Below, piece by piece: positions 1 through 14,047 of a DNA stretch of 64,000 bases. The notes beneath the pieces are model-generated. The model saw only the letters and a program-made list of their open reading frames with translations, was not told the origin of the DNA and did no database searches. How positions within the stretch are numbered: position 1 is the first letter of the stretch; each line of letters opens with the position of its first letter. The DNA is from Eledone cirrhosa. Taxonomy: Eukaryota. The DNA is taken from contig OZ024741.1 of NCBI GenBank assembly GCA_964016885.1, forward strand, positions 186,434,001 to 186,498,000. The letters are read 5' to 3'. The position numbers were made by a program, and so were the translations under genes.

Positions 1-1064
1 GAATATCCAAGAAGGCTAATTCATTGGGATTGGATTCCATTGTGAAGTGTATGTTATTATCTATGTTGTTTATCATTTTTTTAAACATAGTAAGTGAGTT
101 CATGTCTTCTTGCCATAGGATAAAGCAGTCGTCTAGATATCTTTTCCAATTGGCTTTGAGGTGTGTGTGGAAAGTGTCTCCAAATAAGAGAAGGGACTGA
201 CTGTATATTTGTTGTTCATGGAATCCCATGACTAGGTTGGCATATGTGAGTGCTACTTTCGTGCCCATTGCAGTACCTGATACTTGTCTGTATGATGAAC
301 CATTGATTGTGAAGTAGTTATTTTGTAGGATAAAGCGGAGTCCGTCAGTGATAAAATCTTTGTTGATGCATGTCGGTATTTCTGATGGGTGTGTGTTAAG
401 CCAGTATTGGACTGCTGTTATTCCATAGTTGTGGGGTATGTTTGTGTAGAGGTTTATTACGTCAAAGGAGACAAGAATTGTATTTGCACTTACTGTTTTA
501 GGGAGGTGTTTCAGCATGTCAAGGTCATCTCGTATGTAGCTCTGTATATGTTGTAGAAAGGGTTTCAGTAGGATGTCCAGAAAGTTGCTAAGTCTGTGGG
601 TTTCACATGTAGGGCCTGATATAATTGGCCTGAGTTTTAGGTCTTCTGGTGGTGTTAGTTCAATGTAATTGTTGGTTGAGGTGTCACATTCATCGTTTAT
701 GGGTTTACATTTGTGAAGTTTCGGTAAGCCGTAAAAGGAGCTTGTATTGCATTTGAAGTGGCTTATATAGTTAAACTCTTTTGTGGTTAAGCTGTTGCGG
801 TATTTATTCAGTAAGGTCAAAAGGTTCCCCATTGTTTTGGTGTGTTTGTAGTTTTCTGTTTTTCCATAGTATGTGTTGTTTTCTAAAATGTTAAGTGCGA
901 GGGTCCTATAGTAGTCCGTATTCATAATGACAACAGAACTGCCTTTATCGGCTTTTTTTATGGTTATCTCAGGGTTGTTTCTAAGTGTGAATAATTCTTC
1001 CCATTCGTGTGTAGATAGGTTTGATTTCGTGTGTTTATTTGTAATTTTTTCATAGGGAAAGTTG

Positions 1065-1068
<4 letters not shown>
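1..1068 (-). mobile_element. Penelope-like element (Neptune-like) reverse transcriptase, 5'-truncated into (TA)n and running off the left edge
   Basis: My translation of the minus strand is open to the window edge: [13 protein letters not shown]...FYGLPKLHK...LRPIISG...[15 protein letters not shown]...[20 protein letters not shown]...WKRYLDDCF...FLDI. These are diagnostic PLE RT motifs. It is absent from the ORF track because it has no stop inside the window. Confidence 0.92.
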
Positions 1069-1106
<38 letters not shown>

Positions 1107-1116
1107 TGGTGATATA

Positions 1117-1154
<38 letters not shown>

Positions 1155-1189
1155 TATATATGATATTTATATGACATATATCTATGTAT

Positions 1190-1260
<71 letters not shown>

Positions 1261-1335
1261 TAGATATATATACATATATATATATATATATATTTATATA
1301 TAGAATGTGTGTATTGTGTGTGTGTGTGTGTGTGA
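1069..1335. repeat. (TA)n/(TG)n microsatellite tract, representative of dozens in the window
   Basis: Seen directly. Such tracts explain the [12 protein letters not shown] pseudo-ORFs. Confidence 0.98.
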
Positions 1336-1504
1336 TTGTGAATTTTCCTGTTACGTATTTAAATGGTATATATGATATTCTTGTTTATATGATATAATGT
1401 AGTGTTGCAATATGTAAAGAAAAATTAACTTCATTTAACGCTTATCTGAACACTAAATTGAAAATCTCTAGGTTGCCGGAAATTGTTCTGTAATCCTCCT
1501 TGCT

Positions 1505-1945
1505 ACTCTCTCCCCCTCTCTCTAATTCCTTGTTTGTATCTACGCCTATGTACATTCACACATATACATACAGTCACAAACACACACTGACATATATACG
1601 CAAAGACACACATACACACACACACTCTCAGACATATACAGACTCTCTCACTCTCCCTCTCTCTAATTCCTTGTTTGTATCTATGCCTATGTACATTCAC
1701 ACATATACATACAGTCACAAACACACACTGACATATATACGCAAAGACGCACATACACATACACACACACTCACACATATACAGACTCTCTCACTATCCC
1801 TCTCTCTAATTCCTTGTTTGTATCTATGCCTATGTACATTCACACATATACATACAGTCACAAACACACACTGACATATATACGCAAACACACACATACG
1901 CATACACACTCACTCACACATATACAGACACTCTCACTCTCCCTC
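1505..1945. repeat. Minisatellite, about 3 x ~143 bp composite unit
   Basis: ctctctaattccttgtttgtatcta(t/c)gcctatgtacattcacac... recurs at ~1518, ~1660 and ~1803. Confidence 0.9.
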
Positions 1946-1961
1946 TCTCCCTCCCTCACTA

Positions 1962-2042
<81 letters not shown>

Positions 2043-2203
2043 AAATTATTATATTATTTGGTGTATGATTGTGTACGTCTTTTTTATTTTTCTTACAACG
2101 TATTATCGTATACATAGTATCAGATCGTACCCGGAAGCTGGTCATAGAGAAGCGAACAGCTACATCACACATCCATCGGAGCACATTTCGCTCTCAGACA
2201 CCG

Positions 2204-2253
<50 letters not shown>

Positions 2254-2349
2254 TCTTCTTCTTCTCCTTCATCTTATCTGTCCATTCTTTCCGTCTCCAG
2301 GATGTAATTTACTTACTTTTCTCAAATATAGTGATCTATTATTATTATT

Positions 2350-2942
2350 ATTGGTGAATATTATATGCTTTCCAGCTTAGTTACGTCCCTTTACGTCTGA
2401 GTTCAAATCCCGCCGAGGTTAACTTTGCCTTTCATCCTTACGGGGTCGATGAAATAAAGTACCAGTAATGTACTGAGTAATTGCTGGCCTTGTGCCTAAA
2501 GTAGAAACATTTATTATTATTGGTGAATTGGCAGTATCGGTAGAGGGTCGGACGCCATGCTTTGACGCATATAGTTACGGTCCTTGCCATTCTGAGATCA
2601 AATCCCGCCGAGGTTAACTTTGCCTTTCATCCTTACGGGGTCGATAAAATAAAGTACCAGTAATACACTGGGATAATTGCTGGCCTTGTGCCAAAAGTAG
2701 AAACAATTATTGTTGGCAGTTTCGGTAGAGAGTCAAACACCATGCGTTGCAGCATAGAGTTACGGTCCTTTACTTTCTGAGTTCAAATCCCGCCTAGGTT
2801 AACTTTGCCTTTCATCCTTACAGGGTCGATAAAACAAAGCACCAGTAACGTACTGGAGTGGATTTATTCGACATCCCCCCACCCCTACCCACACTTATTA
2901 CTGGCCTTGTGCCTATACTAGAAATCATTACTATTATTATTG
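2350..2942 (+). mobile_element. Tandem array of 3 tRNA-derived SINE copies
   Basis: B-box-like gagttcaaatccc, core gaggttaactttgcctttcatccttacggggtcgataaaataaagtaccag, tail ggccttgtgcc(t/a)aaagtagaaac(a)att(att)n. Confidence 0.9.
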
Positions 2943-3127
2943 TCATATGCAGTGGGACACACGCCCACACACACACACACACACATATATTTATACATGT
3001 GTGTGTCCCGGTTCCAATCGGGGGTAATCACAGTAAGTAAGGTACTCAATACATAGTAGAGTATATAATATAGAAATGGCTTCTACAGGAATAGAAGTTT
3101 CATTCGAAAGAAAGCATCAGGAAAGCC

Positions 3128-3171
<44 letters not shown>

Positions 3172-3203
3172 TATGTATATATATATGTATATATGAGTGT
3201 GTA

Positions 3204-3271
<68 letters not shown>

Positions 3272-3335
3272 CTTGCTAAACAAATTCAGAAACGAAATAT
3301 ACATATATATATTTATACGTATATTTACTAATGTG

Positions 3336-3374
<39 letters not shown>

Positions 3375-3537
3375 AATTTGTTTTTGCTCTTATAATGGTG
3401 GATGCCTAAATGTATTTGTGAGTGAATAATAAAGGATGACGTTGTTGTCTAGAAATCACACGTGGTGTTTATGAGGTTATTTAGTTGCAAACAAACGAAT
3501 ATTGGTAATATTATATTATTATTATTATTCACTATCC

Positions 3538-3803
3538 ATACGGAGTCGATAAAATAAAGTACCAGTAATGTACTGGGTACTTGCTGGCCTTGTCTCCAAT
3601 AGTAGAAACAATTATTATTATTCACTGAATTGGCAGTATCGGTAGAGGGTTGGACGCCATGCTTTGACGCATGGAGTTACGGCCCTTGCTAATTCCAGCG
3701 AGGTTAACTTTGCCTTTCATCCTTACGGGGTCGATAAAATAAAATACCAGTAATACACTGAGATCATTTCTGGCCTTGTGCCAAAAGTAGAAACAATTAT
3801 TAT
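3538..3803 (+). mobile_element. Two tandem SINE copies (same family)
   Basis: Same core and (TTA)n tail as 2350-2942. Confidence 0.88.
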
Positions 3804-4101
3804 TCACTCACAAATACATTTAGCTATCCACTATGATCATAGCAAAAACAATATTTTTTTTTTATTTTAGCAAAACCAGCCGTAAAATCACTCGGTATGT
3901 AAATGAGGTAATCATCCGATGTATACATTTGAGATTACTATGTATTCTCAGCAGATTCAGTGGGTAGCAGAGACGGAAGAATACACAATCTCGATCATGA
4001 GCAATAACTTCGAAACAATTGCCGATTGTTTACTTGAACAAAAGGATTACGTTTTCATTTAGAAAACAACCATGGTGTTTATGAGGCTATTTATATTTAT
4101 A

Positions 4102-4142
<41 letters not shown>

Positions 4143-4146
<4 letters not shown>

Positions 4147-4229
4147 CGAAGGAAATGTGGTAAGGAACCAGGTGGACCATAACGCACCAAAGTACTCAAT
4201 ACTTGAGGTAGTAGAGTATGTAATACTCC

Positions 4230-4296
<67 letters not shown>

Positions 4297-4447
4297 AACG
4301 AGTAGGACCCCGACGGCTGAGCTCAAGCTCGGCTTGATCTCAGCCGTCGGGGTCCTACTCGTTCCTATTACCCACTCTACTACCCTAAGTATTGAGTACT
4401 TTGGTGCGTTATGGTCCATCTGGTTCCTTACCACATTTCCTTCGTTA
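4143..4447. mobile_element. Fold-back family A: two opposed PLE-derived stubs in one (TA)n tract
   Basis: 4143-4225 is the reverse complement of the tail at 4366-4447. 4293-4367 is a hairpin (taggaacgagtaggaccccgacggctgag / ctcagccgtcggggtcctactcgttccta). Confidence 0.8.
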
Positions 4448-4599
4448 TATATATATATATATATATTTATTAAAATGCTAATTTAAAACAATATGTTTTT
4501 AATTAGTATTTTTTCAACCTAGCTAACTTTGCCATTTGCAATTGGAACACATGAATACTTATATCGGTGTTCATCCCTCTCATATATTCAATTATATAC

Positions 4600-4639
<40 letters not shown>

Positions 4640-4835
4640 ATATTATATATATTTATATATATGTATGTAAAAGGTAAACAGAAATAACAACACAATCGGT
4701 ACAGTATATGGAAGGTATATATTAGGTTAACGCTTGATATAGTAGGAAGAATATATATACATCTTTATTTATATATATATCTGTATATGTATGTACATAT
4801 ATATGTGTCTATGCATATGTATATATATTTATATG

Positions 4836-4922
<87 letters not shown>

Positions 4923-5306
4923 TATAAATGGAAAAAATGAAATTTCATTTCTCACTCTTAGTACGGCTGATATTTATATATAAGTATGTATACGTACATA
5001 CATATATGTATACAGACGTACAGTAGTATGTATATACATACATACATGCACACATATGTATATGTACGTATGGGTTTACCGAAAATGTATTATAATGCTC
5101 GGTGTGTTTGTAAACAAACAGCCCGAATTATTAGCCGTACGGTGTTCGGCAACCTTGTTACCCTTTTGTTCAACACTAACAAAGGAACGATGAAATAGTT
5201 TCTAGCTTATTAGCTGTCATCAGCACCGTGTACTTTCCTGTCAGTCGGTTGAACGTTTGGGAAGTATATACTTTCCTTATGCATATATATATAATATGTA
5301 TGTATA

Positions 5307-6146
5307 TACGAGGTTGGGCTGAAAGATTTATACGCTATGAAGTTGTGAGAATAAAACCATGAAATTTGGAAGGATGTTGCTATCAAATAGCTGCATGAGT
5401 TTAGCCACTTGGACAATCATGCTGAGATGGTTGCTATTTTACAGGATGAGCAACCAGCGTTTTAGCCCGAAAAATTGTGAAGCTGAATTTAAGAGGGCAG
5501 GGAAGAGTCATGAAAATAACTCATGGTCTGGATGTCCTGCATTTTCTGCCTCTGTGGAAATCATTCATCGACTTCACCACATGGTGATGTATGACAGACT
5601 ATGAATCAAATAGCCAATGCATATCCCGTATGAGAGGTAAGAATATTCTGCACTATGAATTGGCATGTCAGTGGTTTCTGCTCGGTGTCTTTCACGTCTT
5701 CTCACACCCGATCAAAAGCGAACTAGGCTGGTCAAATCACGGACAAATCTGACATTTGGTGGATTGGCAGTATCAGTAGAGGGTGGGACGCCATGCTTTG
5801 ACGCATAAAGTTACGGCCCTTGTCATTCTGTGTTCAAATCCCGTCGAGCTTAACATTGCCTTTCATCCTTACGGGGTCGATAAAATAAGGTACCAGTAAT
5901 GCACTGATAATTACCGGCCTTGTGCCAAAAGTAGAAACATTTAATTCATGCAGATCGAACTGATTTCCTTAACCGTTTCCTAACCCAATATGAGTGTTAA
6001 GTATATCTTTTTGAAATGTAGTAAGAGTAATCTTGAAACTGGTGGCACTTGCTTTAAAGAACTTTGAGTTTGTAGCACTAAACAGAAGGAAATAGAGCGC
6101 AAGTAGTTATAGAGGCCTTAAAACTTTCGAATTGAGCTACCTCCTA
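5307..6146 (+). mobile_element. Degenerate, internally deleted mariner-type DNA transposon, interrupted by a SINE
   Basis: TACGAGG.. start; AEFKRAGKS.EN..WSGCP (mariner AEFKRGR...RSGRP); VSARCLSRLLTPDQKRTR (cf. SARWVPRLLT.EQK..R); weak inverted end near 6120-6146. Confidence 0.72.
5757..5943 (+). mobile_element. SINE inserted into the mariner remnant
   Basis: Head, core and tail match the 2521 copy. Confidence 0.88.
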
Positions 6147-6640
6147 CAGATGAGGGAGGCGGGAGCCAGGCCATATGGCCTCCGTTCTAGTACCACCTAT
6201 ATTCTTTCATACCTCATACCTCTTATACTCTATATAGCTCTCTTTGCAATTTTGTAACAGGATTTAGGTTTCACATAAAAGATATACATCCGCCAGTTGA
6301 CTAAGCTAATGTTACTGGACACTCAGAGTCTGAGATCGACGGTGAGCGCCATCGTATCTATCTATCTGTGTGTGTGTATGTGCGTATGTGTGTGTGTGTA
6401 TGTGTATGTGTGTGTGTGTCTGTGAGTGTGTGTGTGCCTGAATTAGATGAATTTTCGTTTAAGTAACTGAGATTCTCAATTACATAAACACAAACGCACA
6501 CACACATATATATGATGGGAAGCCATTTTATATATAAGACAGGCTAAATGATTTGTGGTGAATAACCCAACGAAACTTAAGTAGCTGTACATATCAAGTT
6601 TGTAACTAAACATATATATATATATACTTACATAATACTT

Positions 6641-6717
<77 letters not shown>

Positions 6718-6723
6718 CATACT

Positions 6724-6813
<90 letters not shown>

Positions 6814-6908
6814 GTTTTGCGAAAACCAACCAAACAGTGAGTGTGTTCTGTTATTAATTCTGGCAATATTACACAAATATGACCCTCCCCATATATATAT
6901 ATATACAC

Positions 6909-6956
<48 letters not shown>

Positions 6957-7136
6957 GGTGTTGGCATAAGTCCATGGATAGTTTTACTTATATTTATACT
7001 GATAGACAGACGGACATACAAATAGATAGATGCGAATGTCTTGAAAATGATCATATCTTACAAAAATATTTACAACGCAGTTCCAATAATTTACACACCC
7101 AGTATAAACACGAAAATTGTATTTTAATTAAATCAT

Positions 7137-7137
7137 G

Positions 7138-7229
<92 letters not shown>

Positions 7230-7310
7230 CGCTGCTGCTGTGGCTGCTGCTGCTGCTGCTGCTACTACTATTATTACTACTATTATTACTACTATTACAA
7301 CTCATACTAC
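7137..7310. repeat. Compound trinucleotide repeat (ACT)n-(GCT)n-(ACT/ATT)n
   Basis: Seen directly. Confidence 0.95.
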
Positions 7311-9959
7311 TATACATCTTGTGATTCACAAACGTAGGAGTATCTATGTAACCACACATCCCGCTAGAATCAGCAGTCATTTCTCATTTCTCCCTTAAAT
7401 AACACCCTAACCTTTTAAGCTATACACCTAAAATGACCATCACAATTCATCCACACAAAAAGCAAACGATGAAACCTTCGACTTACAAGTTGACCACGAA
7501 TAAATATTGAGCCAAATTTCCCTCAAATTTCATTAGGTATTGTAGTCCACTTGTTGAAAACAATGGACAGTATGATCACCGATGGGACTCCTTTGTACTA
7601 TTTCCACTATGATTACTATCATGGCAAATTGGAAGAAACATTAGAGCGTTGATCAAAATGCCATGTAGAATTCATTCGACGTCCTTGCGTTCTGAGTTAA
7701 AAGCCTGTCGAGGTCGACCTTGTCGTTAATCCTTACAAATAGAAAAAATAAAGCACAGGCATGGGGTTGTCTAACGGCTGAATTACTAGAGAATCGGACA
7801 CTAGATCTACCGAATATTGCCCTCAATTAAAATACCACATTAGATCAGCTTCGTGGTGGATTTAATCCTCGTTTAATACAACTACTTGGTTCATGTGTGC
7901 CTTTAGTTGCGTCCACTCTTATGTAAGCATGTGATCCAGTGTTTAAGAATAACTTCCTTTCTCCTAACCGACTCGGATTCCATAACAGAAATAGAATCCA
8001 TAGGCAGTGCTTTTCTTTAGACTAAGCATTAAAGACTAATAATTTCTCATTTGCCATCAATATCGTGAATATCAACAATATGGTTGTCTGATTATTCTCT
8101 GGAAGCCATTCATTTGACATACTAAATATACATGCTATAATGTCTCACTTATAATATAAAGAGTTGCATAACTAAGATTATCAAGCAATTATGAAAGAAA
8201 AACTTCCATTAATGTGATTAAAATATAAAAAAAGTATAAAAAGTATAAAAATATTTTTTAAAAAGCCGTATTATCAACCAATCTAAACTTATGGTAACTT
8301 TGCATTTCAGATTACAGTAGAAGTGGTCTTACTCACGTCACCTTTCTTCTGCATCTGTTCGAGCAAGCAAAAAGAACCTCTAGGTGTTACATCAAACTGT
8401 TAGAAATAGCAGTAAGATCCTTCTTAATCGAATTCTAGCATTTTTGAAAGGAGTTCATTAGAAAGTGTGGTTATGAGTTTCCAACAAGAATGAAATTACG
8501 AGGGGATCACGTTTGGAATACATTTGATCAAAAATCTACCCAACCAAGGCTAAAGACACCAACCTCGAGTATTCGAGCTCGCAAAAGTAACTCTATGTAA
8601 TTTGTTACTATGGTAGAAATAACATCCACGTCTCTGTCAAATAAATCCTTATTACCTTGAAAGTAGCTCTATTAGATAATGCAGGGCTCCTACACACTCT
8701 TAAGTATTTGGATTGGCCATACTTGGAATGCATTCATGAGTTTTATATCGAATAATAATATTCAATTCGTTTCCAAGCAAGAGTTTCATTACGCAATGTT
8801 TTTTAGATGACCATCGTTATCCTTTTGTTCTAGCGCAGACAGAAAAACAATCGACAATATTGTTTCTGAGTTATTACCCTTTGTCAAGATTATGTATATC
8901 TCTTATGACACTCAATAGATCCCTTGAAAATATATAGTGTTCTTCAAAGTGAACATCGTCTGATTAGCCTATTGTGCATACCCAGCGATTTTACGGCTGG
9001 CTCTGCTGAAAATTAAAAACGAAATTAGAATTCTAATTTTGTTTTTCATACTTGGATTGCCTTTGATGAATGTTTTTCTCAATCGAGGTTGACATGGTAC
9101 TAAGCCACAGCAACAATATCTTTACGAACACCATAGACTATCATGAACTACACAACGAGTCAATGAAAGTATATCTGCATAGTCATTCAACGTGTTAGAA
9201 ATAGTAGCTAAATCTCCCTCAAATCAAATCCTTCTGTCTTGTACACATATATTAGTTAATATATATTATACATATATTATTTTATGTATTTTACGTAGTT
9301 TGTACTTTAGACAAATCCCTTTATCAGCTGTTGAGTATCACTCCCTCCAAGAAATGTCCGAGTTCTTTTGTATTTTGGTTCACATTGTAGAACATCTTCC
9401 CCCTCTTATCTATGCGGTTACCACAATAAATTTAAAAGGTTTAATACTGTTACAAAACGAGTCAAGCTGATTCTACGTCAAGACTACGTTAAGTATATAA
9501 CCTCTATGATGAATACACAACTACCTACTTTATGGTACAAGTACGGGCTTCAAATGATCGAATAACTGTAACACTCAATTGCCTATATTGACCAGAGAGC
9601 CTATATTAATTACAGGACAAGAAAAGTAATTAGAAGCTTCCCTGTTTGACAAGATGAGACATTTTACAATAGATGATAACTATGTATCTCACTTGATCGC
9701 CATTCAAATCCTATCAAGATTGATTCTAAATCCAATTACTCTAAAGCTTTCTTGTATGAATATAGTACTGGTTGAAGGAAGACATATACCGCTACGCTGA
9801 AGTACACCTCCTTCACTATAAATAAAATATCTAATGACAATGGTGTATGATAATAAAAGTTACTAGCAAGAAAGCATACTTCGTGTTTCAAACACACACA
9901 TGCATGCTCATATACACACAGAAACTTACATATACGCATATATATATATATATATATCT

Positions 9960-12735
9960 TCTCATCTTAGATTCTTTCGCGCCGTTCGGCGCATTGAGCA
10001 GTAAGTACTCGCCAACAGTCACGATCAGCGGCAACTTTTTCGAGACCGTGCCAGGTGATGTTGACTGCCATCAGGTCCTTCCGGAACGTTCGTCGTCAGG
10101 TGATCCTTGGGTAACCCTGCCTCCGTTTACCGCCAGGCGGAGTCCAGTTCATCGCCGTTTTCGAATGCCGTTCATGTGGCAGACGCAGAATATGGCCAGC
10201 CAGACAGTACCGACGCTCCCTGACCACTCCCTGTAGAGTCCACGACAGGGCCCTCCGCAGGATCTCCTCGTTTCGCACTCGGTCACGACAGGAAGGATCT
10301 TTTGGTGGAAAGCGTTCTCTATTTTTGCCGTACTCTTCCAGGTCTCGCTCGCATAAAGCACTGTCGGCAGCACGATGCTCTTGTACAGGCGGAGCTTGGT
10401 CTTGGTGCTAATGTATGAAGACGACCAGACTGGGCACAGCTGCTGGAAAACTTCGGCTCCTTTGCCGATCCGACAGTTGATGTCGAGCTCTGCGTCGCCG
10501 CTGCTTCTCAGGATGCTGCCAGATAGGTGAAGTGATCGACTTCTTCGAGGTCCTGTTGGTTGACTCTGACCACTGGACCTGTGTTGCTGGCCGTTCTTAT
10601 GACCTTGGTCTTTTTGGTGTTGATTCTCAGGCCGATCTTTTCCGCACTCTCTTGTAGGGATGATGTTAGGGCCTGCAGATCTGCACTGCTTTCAGCGATC
10701 AAAGCGATGTCGTCGGCGAATGCCAGGTCCCTCAGCCTCGACTGCCCTCTCCATGGGATTCCTCGACCGGGTCCTTCATCCATTCGCCTTTGTACGAAAT
10801 CGGCTGCCAGCAGGAACAACAGTGGAGAGAGAATGCAACCCTGTCTGACTCCGGAGACAATGTCAAAGAACTCCGTCACACCGGACTCAGTCCGCACGCA
10901 GCAGCTGGAGTTTTCATACAGGGCCTTGAAAATGGCGATGAATCTTGCAGGAATGCCGTACAGTTGCGCAACATTCCACAGCGACTCCCGGTGTACACTA
11001 TCGAATGCCTTCTGGAAACCAATAAAATTGACCGCCAAAGGCTGTTGTAGCTCAACGCATTGTTCGAGAATGTTGCGTAGTGTAAAGATCTGTTCCGTGC
11101 AAGCTCGATTTTTTCGGAAGCCGGCTTGTTCCTCCCGAAGCACAGATCGACAGCCTGCCGGGACTGATCGTCTCTTGCTTGGTGATATGGTCGTCGCAGA
11201 TTTGAGTACGTCAGTGGTTGCTGGAGTCTCTGCGGTCATGTCTATCAGGGCGACCGGATTTGGTTGGTTCAGCATCTCCCGGAAGTGCTCCATCCAACTC
11301 TGCTCCTGTTCCGTTCCAGTGGTCAACGTCTTGCCATTTTTGTCTTTCTCTGGCATGCTAGCATCGCTCGACATTCCTGTCAACTCCCTCACGATGCGGA
11401 ACAGTGCTTTTGTATCGTTTCTACCAGCAGCTTCCTCTGCCTCAGCACCCGTTTTCTCTAGCCAGTGACGTTTGTCCAGGCGGCAGATTCGCTTTACCTG
11501 TCGGTCGATTTGGCGGTATACAGCATCTCTTTTCTTTTGGTCTTCCTCCGCTCGACTTTTGCATTTTTTCGTCTGTCAATCAGGTCTCACGTTTGTTCTT
11601 GGATCCATTTTTCTCTCCTCGTTCCTCGTCTTCGGCCAATAGTTCCTTGTACTGCCTCAGTCACCGCTGTCGTGAACATCATCCATTGATTTATCTTCCA
11701 GATCTGCAGCCTCACTCAAATGTTGGAATCAGTTGTGTAGCGCCAGTTGGTACAGTCGCGCTTTACCGGGATACTTCAGCTTCTTCACTGCATATGGCTT
11801 TGGCATTTCCTGTTGTGCCCGTTTCTTCAGGCGCAGCTGAAGTTCCGCACACAGTGGGTGGTTGTATGAGCCCACGTCCGCACCTCGGTACACTCTGACG
11901 TCACGTACCGAGGACCGCCAGCGCTGGTTGATGCAGATGTAGTTGATCTCGTTTCGGCTTTTCTGGTCCGGAGACTGTCAGGTAGCCTTGTGAATCGTCT
12001 TGTGTTTGAAATAGGTGTTGCTAATGCACAAGCTGTTGATGGCTCAAAACAGCTGCAGTCTCTCGCCGTTGTCCGTGGTGACCGCAGCAGAATCGAATGT
12101 CCCAGTGACCTGTTCCAGTCCCTGTATGTTGCAGCCGATCTGAGCGTTGAAATCACCGATCAGTAGTTTGATGTCATGGCTGGACAAGTTATTAAATGTG
12201 TCCTGCAGCTGTTCGTAGAAGGCGTCCTTGTCGGTGTCGGTTGCGTTATCAATCGGTACGTTGCCCTGAACAACAGTGAGATTTGCATGCCCACTTTGAA
12301 GACGGGAGGTTATGATTCGCTCGCTGACTGGCTCCCATCCGATCAATGCTCGAGTTTCTCGGGGGCTAAGCACAAGTCCAATGCCTATCTTGGTATCCAG
12401 AGTAGAGCAGAGTTGTGTCTCCGTTGCCACTCATATTTCCGCTGCCCGCCTAGCGCATTTCACTCACGCCCAGAATGTCCAGCTGGTAATGGTCGAACTC
12501 GCGAAGTAGCTGAGCCAGCTTTCCTGCCTAGTATAGTGAACGCACGTTCCAAGTTCCAATCCGCATCTTTGTTTTGGTGCTCAGAATCCAGCTCATCGGA
12601 ACCCTAACGTCCTTTCGGCTTTGGTTGAGGTCCGTCAAGAGTGGAGTGTTTCCCACGCCTTCATCTTTACGCCGATCATTTTTGTTTTTTTGGGGCTTTT
12701 CTTGGTGTTTCTTTAGCAAGAATGGCGATCTAGTG
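9960..12735 (-). mobile_element. RTE-clade LINE, decayed (frameshifts, internal deletions)
   Basis: APE start MRIGTWNVRSLY, LIGDFNAQIG; RT EEQAGFRKNRAC.EQIF..., GVRQGCILSPLLF, LAFADDIAL; C-terminal LPTVLYASETW, AGHILR; short 3' end ...gaatctaag then (TA)n. Confidence 0.92.
10508..11392 (-). pseudogene. RTE reverse-transcriptase fragment
   Basis: 294-aa ORF containing the RT motifs including FADD, with an internal deletion upstream of EEQAGFR. Confidence 0.88.
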
Positions 12736-12932
12736 AGATACATATATATATATGTACCTCAATATATATATATATATATGTACGTCAATACCCATCTTTT
12801 TCCATTTCTCCGAGGGTTCTTAACCCCACTATCAGGCTAAATAATTTCTTTAATTTCTTTAGTCAAAATACGGCGATAGCTTACATTTTTAATAATTTCA
12901 AACCCACTCGCTGTTTCGAAAATATTCTTACT

Positions 12933-13016
<84 letters not shown>

Positions 13017-13021
13017 TGTGT

Positions 13022-13091
13022 TATTGGGTCAAGTATGAAATCTGTAAAGATCTGTATTTTTTCTACAAATTTCATACTTGATGACCCAATA
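13022..13091. repeat. Short fold-back between microsatellites
   Basis: tattgggtca-agtatgaaat ... atttcatact(tga)tgacccaata. Confidence 0.7.
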
Positions 13092-13108
13092 TATATATAT
13101 GTGTATAG

Positions 13109-13216
<108 letters not shown>

Positions 13217-13481
13217 GTGTGTGTGTGTATGTGCTTGTGTGCGTGTTTGTGTGTCTAATTATGTATGTGGGTCTATAAGGTACGTTTAGACTTCGTGTAA
13301 AACACTAACGGCAATGGTTTTGTACGAGGCTGGAAATTATAGATGTCTAGTATATCAAGCTGTATGTATATTGTATAGTAATTGAAAGTTCTACTACGTT
13401 AATTGCTATGTATGTGCTACTAACTATATGTTGTGCCAGCAACTGTAGGCATGAAAGCCTTCACCTATAGACAGTAGACAT

Positions 13482-13597
13482 AATTGTTTCTACTTTAGGC
13501 ACAAGGCCAGCAATTATCCAGTGCATTACTGGTACTTTATTTTATCGACCCCGTAAGGATGAAAGGCAAAGTCAACCTCGGCGGGATTTGAACTCAT
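13482..13597 (-). mobile_element. SINE (3' part)
   Basis: Reverse complement of the core and tail. Confidence 0.88.
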
Positions 13598-13654
13598 GAC
13601 AGTAGACATAATGTATGAAAACTGATACACATACACACGTATGCACACATGCAC

Positions 13655-13742
<88 letters not shown>

Positions 13743-13823
13743 ACATATATATAGATGTATATATAAATATATATATACATATATATATACTTGTCAACAT
13801 TTACTTATATATATATATATATA

Positions 13824-13940
13824 TAGGAAAATGTTTAACCCCGACGGCAGAGCTCAAGCCGTTTCGACGGCTATTTCTGGACTGGTATTGAGTACCCTGG
13901 TGCGTTATGGTCCATCTGCTTCCTTACCACGCCTCCTTCG

Positions 13941-13943
<3 letters not shown>
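13824..13943 (+). mobile_element. Fold-back family A stub (inverted arm joined to a partial tail)
   Basis: taggaaaatgtttaaccccgacggcagagctcaagccgtttcgacggctatttctggact, then gtattgagtaccctggtgcgttatggtccatc...ccttcgtta; (TA)n on both sides. Confidence 0.8.
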
Positions 13944-14011
<68 letters not shown>

Positions 14012-14047
14012 CAATATATATATACTTATCATTTACTTATATTATAT

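Noticed and set aside
2350-2942. CRISPR-like or tRNA-gene array
   Set aside because: These are tandem SINE copies with no unique spacers and no complete cloverleaf, in a eukaryotic context.
3076-3128. Hammerhead-like motif on the minus strand (CTGATGC...GAAAC)
   Set aside because: The core and cleavage triplet are mutated; too degenerate to call.
8337-8354. Possible 18-nt minus-strand microexon (cAG|ATGCAGAAGAAAGGTGAC|GTGAGT)
   Set aside because: The splice signals are plausible, but it gives a stop in the phase left by the 46564 exon and there is no other support.
10560-11468. 302-aa plus-strand ORF and other antisense ORFs over LINEs
   Set aside because: Antisense shadows of RT coding sequence with no motifs.
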